Part shown: in pieces, positions 1-11,903 of the stretch
Numbering within the stretch: the first letter of the stretch is position 1
Layout: each line of letters starts with the position of its first letter
Assembly (NCBI GenBank): GCA_965235115.1
Contig: OZ249441.1
Location: 8,246,001 to 8,310,000 of the forward strand
Length of the DNA: 64,000 nucleotides
DNA from: Laetmonice hystrix
Taxonomy: Eukaryota
Direction: 5' to 3'
Notes under the pieces: model-generated
Told to the model about the DNA's origin: nothing
Seen by the model: the letters and a program-made list of their open reading frames with translations, nothing else
The model's database searches: none
Program-made: the position numbers and the translations under genes

Positions 1-314
1 GTTCTCTCCCAGATAAAAAAAAGTAAAAGCCATCCGTCATTCTCTGATTTGCAGCTGCAAGTGATGCTATCAGTTTAATTTGCATGCTGAATACTTTATA
101 CGATAATCTTATTACATGATCGATGAATATTTTTACCACACGACTTGTTTTGACTGTATGGTGCTTCACCTAGGCATAAATAGCATTGACTCCACAGTAT
201 CTGCAGCTTTCTGTATTTTGTAGATAAATTATTTGTTTAAAAACACAAAAACGGTAGTGTTTCACCCCGTGTTTAGCAATTTTACTCTTTTTTACCGACT
301 GAATATTGTTTATT

Positions 315-1019
315 CATTCAAGTACAGATTGTGGGTCCTTTACACTACCTGTACAGCTGTCATTCAAGTACAGATTGTGGGTCCTTTACACTACCTGTAC
401 GGCTGTCATTCAAGTACAGATTGTGGGTCCTTTACACTACCTGTACGGCTGTCATTCAAGTACAGATTGTGGGTCCTTTACACTACCTGTACAGCTGTCA
501 TTCAAGTACAGATTGTGGGTCCTTTACACTACCTGTACAGCTGTCATTCAAGTACAGATTGTGGACGGCTGTCATTCAAGTACAGATTGTGGGTCCTTTA
601 CACTACCTGTACAGCTGTCATTCAAGTACAGATTGTGGGTCCTTTACACTACCTGTACAGCTGTCATTCAAGTACAGATTGTGGGTCCTTTACACTACCT
701 GTACAGCTGTCATCCAAGTACAGATTGTGGACGGCTGTCATTCAAGTACAGATTGTGGGTCCTTTACACTACCTGTACAGCTGTCATTCAAGTACAGATT
801 GTGGGTCCTTTACACTACCTGTACAGCTGTCATTCAAGTACAGATTGTGGGTCCTTTACACTACCTGTACAGCTGTCATTCAAGTACAGATTGTGGGTCC
901 TTTACACTACCTGTACGGCTGTCATTCAAGTACAGATTGTGGGTCCTTTACACTACCTGTACGGCTGCCATTCAAGTACAGATTGTGGGTCCTTTACACT
1001 ACCTGTCCGGCTGCCATTC
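315..1019. repeat. Tandem array, 46-bp unit (cattcaagtacagattgtgggtcctttacactacctgtacagctgt), ~16 copies incl. two 28-bp deleted units
   Basis: Unit recurs at 315, 361, 407...; explains ORFs 233..1105, 306..1088 and 331..1050. Confidence 0.97.
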
Positions 1020-1636
1020 CAGTTCTATCTCAGATATGGGTGTGTGGTAACATTTGTTATGTTGACATTCAAAAAGTTCTTATTGTAAGGTATCATGTAC
1101 GGTGACCATGCGGGGTCAAGTGGGGTGATATCATTAAGGTGGTCGGTCATGTGGACATAATGAACACGGAGCAGTACCGTATGGAAACCGTGACACCCGT
1201 GAGGTGTGTGGTAGATGTCGGACTTGACTTTAACATCAGGCTAATAACTGCCGTGTCAGGTCTCACAAACCGCTGCATTATGTCCCTGATCGATGGCGGC
1301 CGATGAAATGCCCCGCGTCACTGTAGGCCGTCACTGCCGGCCTGTACCGGGAGATACCGGGAATTAGAGATGAAAGAGGAGAGGAGTTTGGGTTTCATAG
1401 GTCGGTCAACTGATCGATGCTGACCGCCGGGTGCTGGGGTCGGGTGTGTCCTCCGGCCGCCAGGCTGACCAGTGGCTGAGCGGTCGGTGCAGGCTGGCAG
1501 ACCGACCCAGGTACCGGTCGGCTGACCGGGGGCAGGCCGACATGGAGAGAGAGAGAGACAGGGTCACGGCCGTCAGAAACTGGACGGTGTAAAGGTTGGC
1601 GGTCCATGAACAACCCAGGGTTTGTCCCGAGGTGAT

Positions 1637-2345
1637 TGGCGTCCACCCTGTACCCCTCACCCTGACTGAGTCATGGCGTCCACCCTGTACCCCTCACCCT
1701 GACTGAGTCATGGCGTCCACCCTGTACCCCTCACCCTGACTGAGTCATGGCGTCCACCCTGTACCCCTCACCCTGACTGAGTCATGGCGTCCACCCTGTA
1801 CCCCTCACCCTGACTGAGTCATGGCGTCCACCCTGTACCCCTCACCCTGACTGAGTCATGGCGTCCACCCTGTACCCCTCACCCTGACTGAGTCATGGCG
1901 TCCACCCTGTACCCCTCACCCTGACTGAGTCATGGCGTCCACCCTGTACCCCTCACCCTGACTGAGTCGTGGAGTCCACCCTGGACCCCTCACCCTGACT
2001 GAGTCATGGCGTCCACCCTGTACCCCTCACCCTGACTGAGTCATGGCGTCCACCCTGTACCCCTCACCCTGACTGAGTCATGGCGTCCACCCTGTACCCC
2101 TCACCCTGACTGAGTCATGGCGTCCACCCTGTACCCCTCACCCTGACTGAGTCATGGCGTCCACCCTGTACCCCTCACCCTGACTGAGTCGTGGAGTCCA
2201 CCCTGGACCCCTCACCCTGACTGAGTCATGGCGTCCACCCTGTACCCCTCACCCTGACTGAGTCATGGCGTCCACCCTGTACCCCTCACCCTGACTGAGT
2301 CAAGTGGCGTCCACCCTGTACCCCTCGCCCTGACTGAGTCAAGTG
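1637..2345. repeat. Tandem array, 37-bp unit (tggcgtccaccctgtacccctcaccctgactgagtca), ~19 copies
   Basis: Period 37 (1637, 1674...); the same variant unit (gagtcgtggagtcc) recurs 222 bp (6 units) apart. Confidence 0.97.
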
Positions 2346-2617
2346 GCGCCATCTCTCGGTGATCAAGTGAGAGGAAGTGATCATCAATCAGATATTGCAT
2401 CTCTTGATGAGGACAGTCTCAGGCGATTGGAACCGGGCCCAGAGCCAATCAGTCAGCCATTCAGTCAGCCAGGATTTAAACCTTACTCTGCGGCCGCTTG
2501 TTCTTACACTGTATGGGGCAGGGTTCCATCTCTATCCATCACCATCTGTTCTCATCCAAGTCCAAGACAGAATTTGTACCCATTCTAAGCACCCCTGATC
2601 TATCAGCCGTGTGTGTA

Positions 2618-2943
2618 CGGTGGCCCAGAAGTACAAACTGTTGTACTTTACAGAAAATTTGAAATTCCTTCGCTTCACAGAGAAATCCTTGCCGTCACAG
2701 TAGAATTCCAGGCCTTCAGCCTGAAATTTCTGTTCTTCACAGGCAATTCCTTGTCTTCTCAGACAGTTCCTTGCCTTCACAGACGGTTCCTTTGCTTCGT
2801 AAGAATTGTCTGAGAATACAAGAAATAACTGTGAAGGGTAGAAATTCGACTGTGAAGCGAAGTAATTGTTTGTGAGAAAAGGAATTTCACTTTGAAGTGA
2901 AGGGATTGTCTGAAGCAGAGCACTTTGTACTTCTGGGCCACCG
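2618..2943. mobile_element. MITE with 20-bp perfect TIRs flanked by TA (Tc1/mariner-type insertion signature)
   Basis: cggtggcccagaagtacaaa (2618-2637) is the reverse complement of tttgtacttctgggccaccg (2924-2943); TA at 2616-2617 and 2944-2945; internal ~20-bp subrepeats flip orientation mid-element. Confidence 0.85.
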
Positions 2944-2971
2944 TATGTGTGGATGAGGATTTCACCCTTAC

Positions 2972-3007
2972 CTGACAGCCAGACAGCCCTGCAATGAGCC
3001 CCATTGT
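2972..3007 (-). CDS. Candidate 36-nt internal exon of an unidentified gene
   Basis: Minus strand: pyrimidine-rich acceptor ctctcctcccgtgtcccag| and donor CAG|gtaagg; open in all three frames; no homology recognised. Confidence 0.3.
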
Positions 3008-3879
3008 CTGGGACACGGGAGGAGAGGGGTGGTTGGTGCTCCACAGCTACCAGATCTGGTTACCCTGTGTCTCGTAGCTCCAGCCAACGGTTGGCATGGT
3101 AATGAACCAGCTAATGCAACTATCATCCATCTCTTGTGGAATCTAAGCCAGAGTTCTGGGCCTGAAGCAGTTATTGGTTAACATCAGCCCGTCACACAGG
3201 TGGTGACACAGGCCCTGTCAGCCGCATGAGGTCATGTGTCGGTCACAGAAAATACAAGCCGGGACAAGGACCTTCACAGACAATACAGGACCAGAGAACC
3301 AGAGAAATGGTATCACCCTTTGTTACCTGATGATACCAGCTCTGTGTAACTTACTAGTAATTTAAACTTTAAGAGGAACGTCCTTGGTATCATTATGAAG
3401 ATAAAGTCAACCCAGCAGGTGAAGCAGCCATGTCAGACCTTTATAGATTGTGCCGTTAGGATGGTAAGCAGTTAATGTAATTAGTGTATGAAGATAAACA
3501 AGATGTATCTCCCGCCACTTCGGTTTCTCAGAATACAAGCATGTTTGTTTAATACAGGAAGGAAACAGCCCTGGGACAGGTGGAGAGTGGCCCTTTCTAC
3601 AATTAAATTAAACTTCATTTACTCGAGGTTTTCAAAGAGGACTCATTGGGTGCGTTCACGTAGTTAAAGTCTGGCTCGCCATACTGCGTGTACATAGGTA
3701 ATTATAGCTTTTAGTGTATCGATAACTACTGATTGTATGGTTGACAAACTAAGGACCTTGTATCCGAACATTATGGACAGCGCCATCGACAGTTACTGCA
3801 GGAAGTATTTTGACTGGTCAGTCAAGCCGTGAGTGATGTTGAAAAACATGACTGTTTAACTGGTTAATGTTTTCTCTGA

Positions 3880-4719
3880 CCTTGCGGAGCGTACCGCGAC
3901 CATTACAATGGTATGGTAACCTTGCGGACCGTACCGCGACCATTACAATGGTATGGTAACCTTGCGGACCGTACCGCGACCATTACAATGGTATGGTAAC
4001 CTTGCGGACCGTACCGCGACCATTACAATGGTATGGTAACCTTGCGGACCGTACCGCGACCATTACAATGATATGGTAACCTTGCGGACCGTACCGCGAC
4101 CATTACAATGGTATGGTAACCTTGCGGACCGTACTGCGACCATTACAATGGTATGGTAACCTTGCGGACCGTACCGCGACCATTACAATGGTATGGTAAC
4201 CTTGCGGACCGTACCGCGACCATTACAATGATATTGTAACCTTGTGGACCGTACCGCGACCATTACAATGGTATGGTAACCTTGCGGACCGTACCGCGAC
4301 CATTACAATGGTATGGTAACCTTGCGGACCGTACCGCGACCATTACAATGGTATGGTAACCTTGCGGACCGTACCGCGACCATTACAATGGTATGGTAAC
4401 CTTGCGGACCGTACCGCGACCATTACAATGGTATGGTAACCTTGCGGACCGTACCGCGACCATTACAATGGTATGGTAACCTTGCGGACCGTACCGCGAC
4501 CATTACAATGGTATGGTAACCTTGCGGACCGTACCGCGACCATTACAATGATATGGTAACCTTGCGGACCGTACCGCAACCATTACAATGATATGGTAAC
4601 CTTGCGGACCGTACCGCGGCCATTACAATGGTATGGTAACCTTGCGGACCGTACCGCGACCATTACAATGGTATGGTAACCTTGCGGACCGTACCGCGAC
4701 CATTACAATGATATGGTAA
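3880..4719. repeat. Tandem array, 40-bp unit (ccttgcggaccgtaccgcgaccattacaatggtatggtaa), ~21 copies
   Basis: Period 40, near-identical copies. Confidence 0.97.
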
Positions 4720-5049
4720 ACCTGACGGGCGTCTCCATCCTACAATAATAGCATACACTCTGTCAGCAAATATGATCAAGTCAGAAAGTGATGCAATCAC
4801 CAGATAGGCAGCAAGTTGAGCTATGTGATTTGAGATGACAGGGGCTGTCCCTGGAAGGAAGGACTTGATAGAAACCGTTGACAGGACTGAGCCTCAGAAA
4901 ACACCCAGTCTCCGTCCCTCACCAGACCAAATCATGTGACGCTGCATTCTTGTGCCCCGGAGAAAATTGGTTGAGGAGATGGACAATGCACGAGGCAATT
5001 TGTGGCGCTGATCTTGGTGTAGGGAGTAGGTCTTTCGCCAGTTTCGGGA

Positions 5050-5145
5050 GGGTTGGAGGTTCCAGTGAGGGGTGGAGGTTCCAGGGATGGGTGGAGGTTC
5101 CAGTGAGGGGGTGGAGGTTCCAGGCAGGGCTGGAGGTTCCAGGGA
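5050..5145. repeat. Short degenerate G-rich tandem repeat (~19-bp unit containing ggaggttccag)
   Basis: ggaggttccag recurs ~5 times. Confidence 0.7.
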
Positions 5146-5431
5146 TGGGTGAGGGCACCATATAGGGGTAGGGGTGCATGGAAACAGCGGGTTAGTGGGG
5201 TAGGGAACCAGGCGGTGTCGTGACAGGGTATACAGGGCCTAGAAGCTTGGAAACCAGTTACAATTTGCCGGATATCTGTGGGTCCACCCATTATGTAAAT
5301 ATAACATCAGGTTTCACAGTCAAACTGTGTAATCAATTGTGCATGAGTCTCGAACCTTCTACGAAGTATTATGACTCTAAGGTGGCACTAATCGGCCTGA
5401 CTGACGACGCTGAGTAGGATTTGGCTGAAAC

Positions 5432-5492
5432 TGACGTCATGGTTGTCACGTAAAATTTACACGTCACAAGGTGTCGTCACGGAACCGGAAGT
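5432..5492. promoter_or_regulatory. CRE (TGACGTCA) and ETS (CCGGAAGT) motif pair
   Basis: tgacgtca at 5432-5439; ccggaagt at 5485-5492; motif match only. Confidence 0.2.
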
Positions 5493-7287
5493 AAGATGTA
5501 AACGGATTCAGCGGTCATGAATGATATCAAAAGACAGTGGAAGGAAGGCGTCTCAGGATTCCTCCGCTCCATTGGCTCATGCTTAAATCCTTATTAATTG
5601 CTTTCATTCCTTCCGTGTCAAAATGTTATTGGTTGAAATTGAAAGCGGAGAGGACAGCTAATCAAAGGCATACATGTCGCCTTTTTCCATAGGTTTTTGT
5701 CTTGAGCGTTTTAGTTAAAGTCGGGATCGATTATGTCCAAATATCTCCACGGACATGAAAAAGGTGTTTTTGTTTCTGCTGTTGTGCTGGGTATGTGCGG
5801 AGGCGTCGGGCCAGACTTCCTGGAGTTGTAAAGGACAGCAGAGGCTGAACGAAACTCCGTCAATACAGTGAAAGGGTCCTAAACGAATGGACGATTTAAC
5901 GTTAACATGGTCAGTTAGATAGCCTGCTTGAACTAGCCACCAGTAGGCCACCAAGACGTCTGCTAGAACCTCACGACGCCAGTTTCGCTTATCACTGCAT
6001 TCTTTTCCTTTGATTTGTTGTTTATTTGAAATTTCCCTTTCGCGCCGGAAAATGACAAGAAGATATCCAGGTTTCCAATAACAACCCTGGTCCGCCCTGG
6101 CGAAATAAGCCGACTCTTTGAGAGAACTTTTCTTCAATGATTTATGAAAAGACTGATAAAAAATTACAGATCTGGCTTCAGCGTGAGCGTGAAGTAATGA
6201 GTTGCTGCCGTACAAGCGGACAGCCATATGGAGTAGGTAGCTCCAGGCTGTTGTTTTAGGCACCAAATGGAGAATATGATTAGATAGAGACAGTTCCAGA
6301 CAACCATATACCTCTGCAGATATTTGTGGGCAGAGATGAGTAGAAAATTGCAAAGCTCTGGTTGTATTGAACGGCATAAGATTAAGGCAAATTGAGATCC
6401 ATTTAATTTGCTATGTGAATACATGATATTATGTAGAATATTCTGTGTACCACCTTAGAATTGGAGGCAAGGTATAAACCAACCGACGATAAACATGTGG
6501 AGCTTGAATCTGATGTCAACCTGGGTCTGCAGGTTTTATTAAAGCGTACCCAGAGATAATCAGGCTCTCACAGCTAGACAATACCCTATTGTTCTGGTGC
6601 CATAGTTATATAATACCCATTACAAAAGTCGGACCTTTCAACTCGTGTGTAATTGCCAGCCGGATATGTATTTGTGCAGTGAGTGGGACCCTTATTACCG
6701 TATTGTCCGACCCCCGGCATTGTCCCTGTCCCTGTAATGTCCCTGTAATCCTTTACTCCGGAGGTACCGACCGAAATGTAAGTTACACTTGACCTCTCAG
6801 TTCCTTTAATCAATATTTGGGTTGGCGGCCGAGCCCAAATAAGGTTGTCGACAACGTGATGTATGTCATGTGACTGGGTCTCGCGAGAACCGTCGTGTGC
6901 CCTCTATAGGACAAAGCCGTCCCTAACACGTCACACGTTGTCACCTTGTCGGAAAGTTTCGAGTAGATTAGACCTGGGTCATGTCAAGTTGACAGAGTAC
7001 ATCCACGGCACGGTTGTCAGCGTTGTAAGGAGGATGATATTTGTGTCTCCTCCAGGTCGCCGATAGAAGCTGGCGTCATGAGCCACGCGTCAAATTAACC
7101 GTTTTTTGTAATATCGATGGGGCTGAGGCATGTAAGATATGATTGAGCGTTCGTATGGCCATGTTTGGTTTGGTTTTTGAAGCTGTCAGACTGTTAGATC
7201 GAATCACAATGAAGAGATGTGATCGTGTGATCAGAATGTGAGCACAGCTGTCTGTTCATCTATCATACAATCAGGGACCATGACAGG

Positions 7288-7425
7288 ACCACAGACAACC
7301 CCGCCACCTGGCGGCGAACCGACACCACAGACAACCCCGCCACCTGGCGGCGAACTGACACCACAGACAACCCCGCCACCTGGCGGCGAACTGACACCAC
7401 AGACAACCCCGCCACCTGGCGGCGG
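7288..7425. repeat. Tandem array, 36-bp unit, 4 copies, each with the palindrome ccgccacctggcgg (CTCF-like)
   Basis: ccgccacctggcgg at 7301, 7337, 7373 and 7409. Confidence 0.9.
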
Positions 7426-7596
7426 TTCCTGTGTACACGGGCAGGGAACGCACGACGATAGTTGACAGGGGTGAGGTATATCCTTTTTAAACAAACCTGT
7501 AAATTCGTAAGCCACACTATGGTGACCTACTTAGTGGTCACGTGGCATGATTCAGACCAGACGGGAAACACTTTGTTTTCTTATACAAACAAAATC

Positions 7597-8722
7597 TAAC
7601 ACGTCACGACCACCTCCGCCCTCCCTCCTCCTCGTATTGGAGGGGAAGGGAACCTTGTCCTCCCGTAGTGTGGTTTAAATACCAGCGAATGTTACTCTTC
7701 CTAACTCTAAACTTAACCCTAACACACGTCACGACCACCTCCGCCCTCCCCTCCTCCTCGTATTGGAGGGGAAGGGAACCTTGTCCTCCCGTAGTGTGGT
7801 TTAAATACCAGCGAATGTTACTCTTCCTAACTCTAAACTTAACCCTAACACACGTCACGACCACCTCCGCCCTCCCTCCTCGTATTGCAGGGGAAGGGAA
7901 CCTTGTCCTCCCGTAGTGTGGTTTAAATACCAGCGAATGTTACTCTTCCTAACTCTAAACTTAACCCTAACACACGTCACGACCACCTCCGCCCTCCCTC
8001 CTCGTATTGCAGGGGAAGGGAACCTTGTCCTCCCGTAGTGTGGTTTAAATACCAGCGAATGTTACTCTTCCCAACTCTAAACTTAACCCTAACACACGTC
8101 ACGACCACCTCCGCCCTCCCCTCCTCCTCGTATTGCAGGGGAAGGGAACCTTGTCCTCCCGTAGTGTGGTTTAAATACCAGCGAATGTTACTCTTCCTAA
8201 CTCTAAACTTAACCCTAACACACGTCACGACCACCTCCGCCCTCCCCTCCTCCTCGTATTGCAGGGGAAGGGAACCTTGTCCTCCCGTAGTGTGGTTTAA
8301 ATACCAGCGAATGTTACTCTTCCTAACTCTAAACTTAACCCTAACACACGTCACGACCACCTCCGCCCTCCCCTCCTCCTCGTATTGGAGGGGAAGGGAA
8401 CCTTGTCCTCCCGTAGTGTGGTTTAAATACCAGCGAATGTTACTCTTCCTAACTCTAAACTTAACCCTAACACACGTCACGACCACCTCCGCCCTCCCCT
8501 CCTCCTCGTATTGGAGGGGAAGGGAACCTTGTCCTCCCGTAGTGTGGTTTAAATACCAGCGAATGTTACTCTTCCTAACTCTAAACTTAACCCTAACACA
8601 CGTCACGACCACCTCCGCCCTCCCCTCCTCCTCGTATTGGAGGGGAAGGGAACCTTGTCCTCCCGTAGTGTGGTTTAAATACCAGCGAATGTTACTCTTC
8701 CTAACTCTAAACTTAACCCTAA
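7597..8722. repeat. Tandem array, 122-126-bp unit, 9 copies, with a degenerate telomere-like segment (ctaactctaaacttaaccctaac)
   Basis: acgtcacgacc at 7601, 7726, 7852, 7974, 8096, 8222, 8348, 8474 and 8600; explains ORFs 7977..8993 and 8038..8745. Confidence 0.97.
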
Positions 8723-9641
8723 CCCCGGTCCCCAGACCTCCATAGAAACCTATCCCAATATCTATCCCGGCCCTGTACCCTAACTCCCCCCCCCCCCCCA
8801 ATATCTTGGGGACTTTACCATGGGAGAATAACCGACTGTGGTTTGTAAACCTGGCTCTGCGCCTCAAGGCTCTCAGAACTCGATAACGATTCGATGTACG
8901 GTTAGGCGACCGTAGAAACACGAACCTCTCCCAGTTAGTAGTCTTCTCATTACTTTTATATACTACAAACCCAGTGACACTGGACTTAGCCAAGTCAGTT
9001 TCTTATGTGGTGAGGATTAATGTCTTAATCCTATTAATAATTGGATCAGATCCAGCCCGCCTGGTGGATCTGATTCAAATATATAGGTACATAACCTCTG
9101 TGTGTGTTAAGGTGTTAAGTGTCGGCCCTAACTGTTAGGTGTACTCATCCCATTTGTTGCGAGGTACTTACTATTGACGGCCATGTAGTTTCTCACCCTT
9201 CCATCCCAGAGTCTGTAGATAGACATTACAGAAATCCTCTCGGCCAGCGCAAATTGATTTCTCTCCTGGATTATGTTGGACGAGGAGAATGAGGGATGCG
9301 CCTGGCTTGGTGAGTGCATGGCGTTTATATTCAACCAACAACACCGTGTGAGGAGCTGTTGAAGGACTTGCAGTTCCTCTATAGAATATTGCTCCAAGAG
9401 TCTGACAGCCTGCTCTGCTGATATTCTACACTCATTCTAATAAGAGGGAATGAACTTTTCCCAAACCATACGGTCCAGAGGCGTAGTTCCTTATTAGGCA
9501 TCCCTCCCGAAATCTGGTTTTATAAAGGGATTTCGTAATGTGAGAATCTGTATATGTGCCTACCTATTGGTAGTTTAACGGTTACCGAATCCGAACCATC
9601 CCGTGTTGATTCAACCATTGGTCTGTCCGCCCGTTCTGGCG

Positions 9642-10267
9642 GCAGTGATTGTTAAAACGTTCATTTTGAGAAGTTTCGGAGTCTGTCTGACTGTAGAATG
9701 ATATTAGATGTTGTGTGATGCAGTGATTGTTAAAACGTTCATTTTGAGAAGTTTCGGAGTCTGTCTGACTGTAGAATGATATTAGATGTTGTGTGATGCA
9801 GTGATTGTTAAAACGTTCATTTTGAGAAGTTTCGGAGTCTGTCTGACTGTAGAATGATATTAGATGTTGTGTGATGCAGTGATTGTTAAAACGTTCATTT
9901 TGAGAAGTTTCGGAGTCTGTCTGACTGTAGAATGATATTAGATATTGTGTGATGCAGTGATTGTTAAAACGTTCATTTTGAGAAGTTTCGGAGTCTGTCT
10001 GACTGTAGAATGATATTAGATGTTGTGTGATGCAGTGATTGTTAAAACGTTCATTTTGAGAAGTTTCGGAGTCTGTCTGACTGTAGAATGATATTAGATG
10101 TTGTGTGATGCAGTGATTGTTAAAACGTTCATTTTGAGAAGTTTCGGAGTCTGTCTGACTGTAGAATGATATTAGATGTTGTGTGATGCAGTGATTGTTA
10201 AAACGTTCATTTTGAGAAGTTTCGGAGTCTGTCTGACTGTAGAATGGTATTAGATGTTGTGTGATGC
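9642..10267. repeat. Tandem array, 78-bp unit, 8 near-identical copies
   Basis: gcagtgattgttaaaacg at 9642, 9720 ... 10188. Confidence 0.97.
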
Positions 10268-10716
10268 GGTTTGAAAGGATACTAACATGGGTTGACGAGA
10301 TTAAATGCGTGTACCTCCTTCATCATTTATTTAAAGGATATGAAGTAACGTTTTTACCCACCTGTTAGTCGACGGGAGTCCCTGGGTGAATTGGGACAGA
10401 GCTTTTAGCCTTACACAAGTGGGTTTATACGTTTGCGAGCTGTAGCGGCTGAGCTGATAAGCCAGTTAATGTCGTCAGGAGCTTAGCAGACGTTGTCGAC
10501 AATGTTGTCCAAAGACCATTTCATGCATGTCGCTCTGAGTTACCGAAAGATGTTCCTAATTGCATCATCCACGCTAACCTAGCAAGGAGACGAGAGAGGT
10601 CGTATTGTGATGACACAGAGGGAAGAAGATCATTATGACTTTAGGTAAATATTGTTAAAGGCCGGAGAAAGGAAGGGAAAGACAAGCATTCACTCGTGAC
10701 AGGCCTGTCAAGGGAG

Positions 10717-11595
10717 CACTCAGTCCCTCTGTCAGGTACACTGACAGGTGCCTGTACATGGAACACTCATTCACTCTGTCAGGTACACTGACAGGTGCCT
10801 GTACATGGAACACTCATTCACTCTGTCAGGTACACTGACAGGTGCCTGTACATGGAACACTCATTCACTCTGTCAGGTACACTGACAGGTGCCTTAAATT
10901 GAACACTCACTCCCTCTGTCAGGTACACTGACAGGTGCCTGTACATGGAACACTCACTCCCTCTGTCAGGTACACTGACAGGTGCCTGTACATGGAACAC
11001 TCATTCACTCTGTCAGGTACACTGACAGGTGCCTTAAATTAAACACTCACTCCCTCTGTCAGGTACACTGACAGGTGCCTGTACATGGAACACTCACTCC
11101 CTCTGTCGGGTACACTGACAGTGGCCTGTACATGGAACACTCACTCCCTCTGTCGGGTACACTGACAGTGGCCTGTACATGGAACACTCACTCCCTCTGT
11201 CAGGTACACTGACAGGTGCCTGTACATGGAACACTCAGTCCCTCTGTCAGGTACACTGACAGGTGCCTGTACATGGAACACTCATTCACTCTGTCGGGTA
11301 CACTGACAGGTGCCTGTACATGGAACACTCACTCCCTCTGTCAGGTACACTGACAGGTGCCTGTACATGGAACACTCACTCCCTCTGTCGGGTACACTGA
11401 CAGTGGCCTGTACATGGAACACTCATTCACTCTGTCGGGTACACTGAGAGGTGCCTATACATGGAACACTCAGTCCCTCTGTCAGGTACACTGACAGGTG
11501 CCTGTACATGGAACACTCACTCCCTCTGTCAGGTACACTGACAGGTGCCTTAAATTGAACACTCACTCCCTCTGCCAGGTACACTGACAGGTGCC
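10717..11595. repeat. Tandem array, 47-bp unit (cactcattcactctgtcaggtacactgacaggtgcctgtacatggaa), ~19 copies
   Basis: Period 47; internal inverted repeat tgtcag-gtaca-ctgaca. Confidence 0.97.
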
Positions 11596-11903
11596 AGTAA
11601 AGGGAATTGCTGAGGAAATAAAAAGCAGATTCTCCCCTCAAATCACAAATTACAAATCCTGCGGCCTAATTCGTTTTGAGAGCATGGCGTAGTGTGCCTA
11701 CCTCGTTTCACAGATTATTAGGTAATGGATACAAAAATAAATTCCAGGCAATGTTGAGTATCATTTTCTCGGTGGATATTTTCCCAGCTCACAAAAGCCG
11801 CGCAAATTAAAGTTTGTTATCAGCGGAGAAACATTTTAAAGTCGGAGAAAAGAGTTTTCATTGATTGCCGAGGGGAATGACGGTGTTTCTCAGTGAGCTC
11901 CAG

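Noticed and set aside
233-1105. Three overlapping 239-290-aa ORFs
   Set aside because: Translations of the 46-bp array; TTG/GTG starts; no domain.
1406-1660. Peptide CSWTANLYTVQFLT resembling the iGluR M3 motif SYTANLAAFLT
   Set aside because: Partial match with an insertion, no flanking channel sequence, and the ORF begins inside a repeat.
5715-6377. 220-aa minus-strand ORF in unique sequence
   Set aside because: No recognisable motif, splice context or codon bias; cannot be called without a homology search.
7977-8993. 338-aa ORF
   Set aside because: Produced by 126-bp in-frame repeat units.
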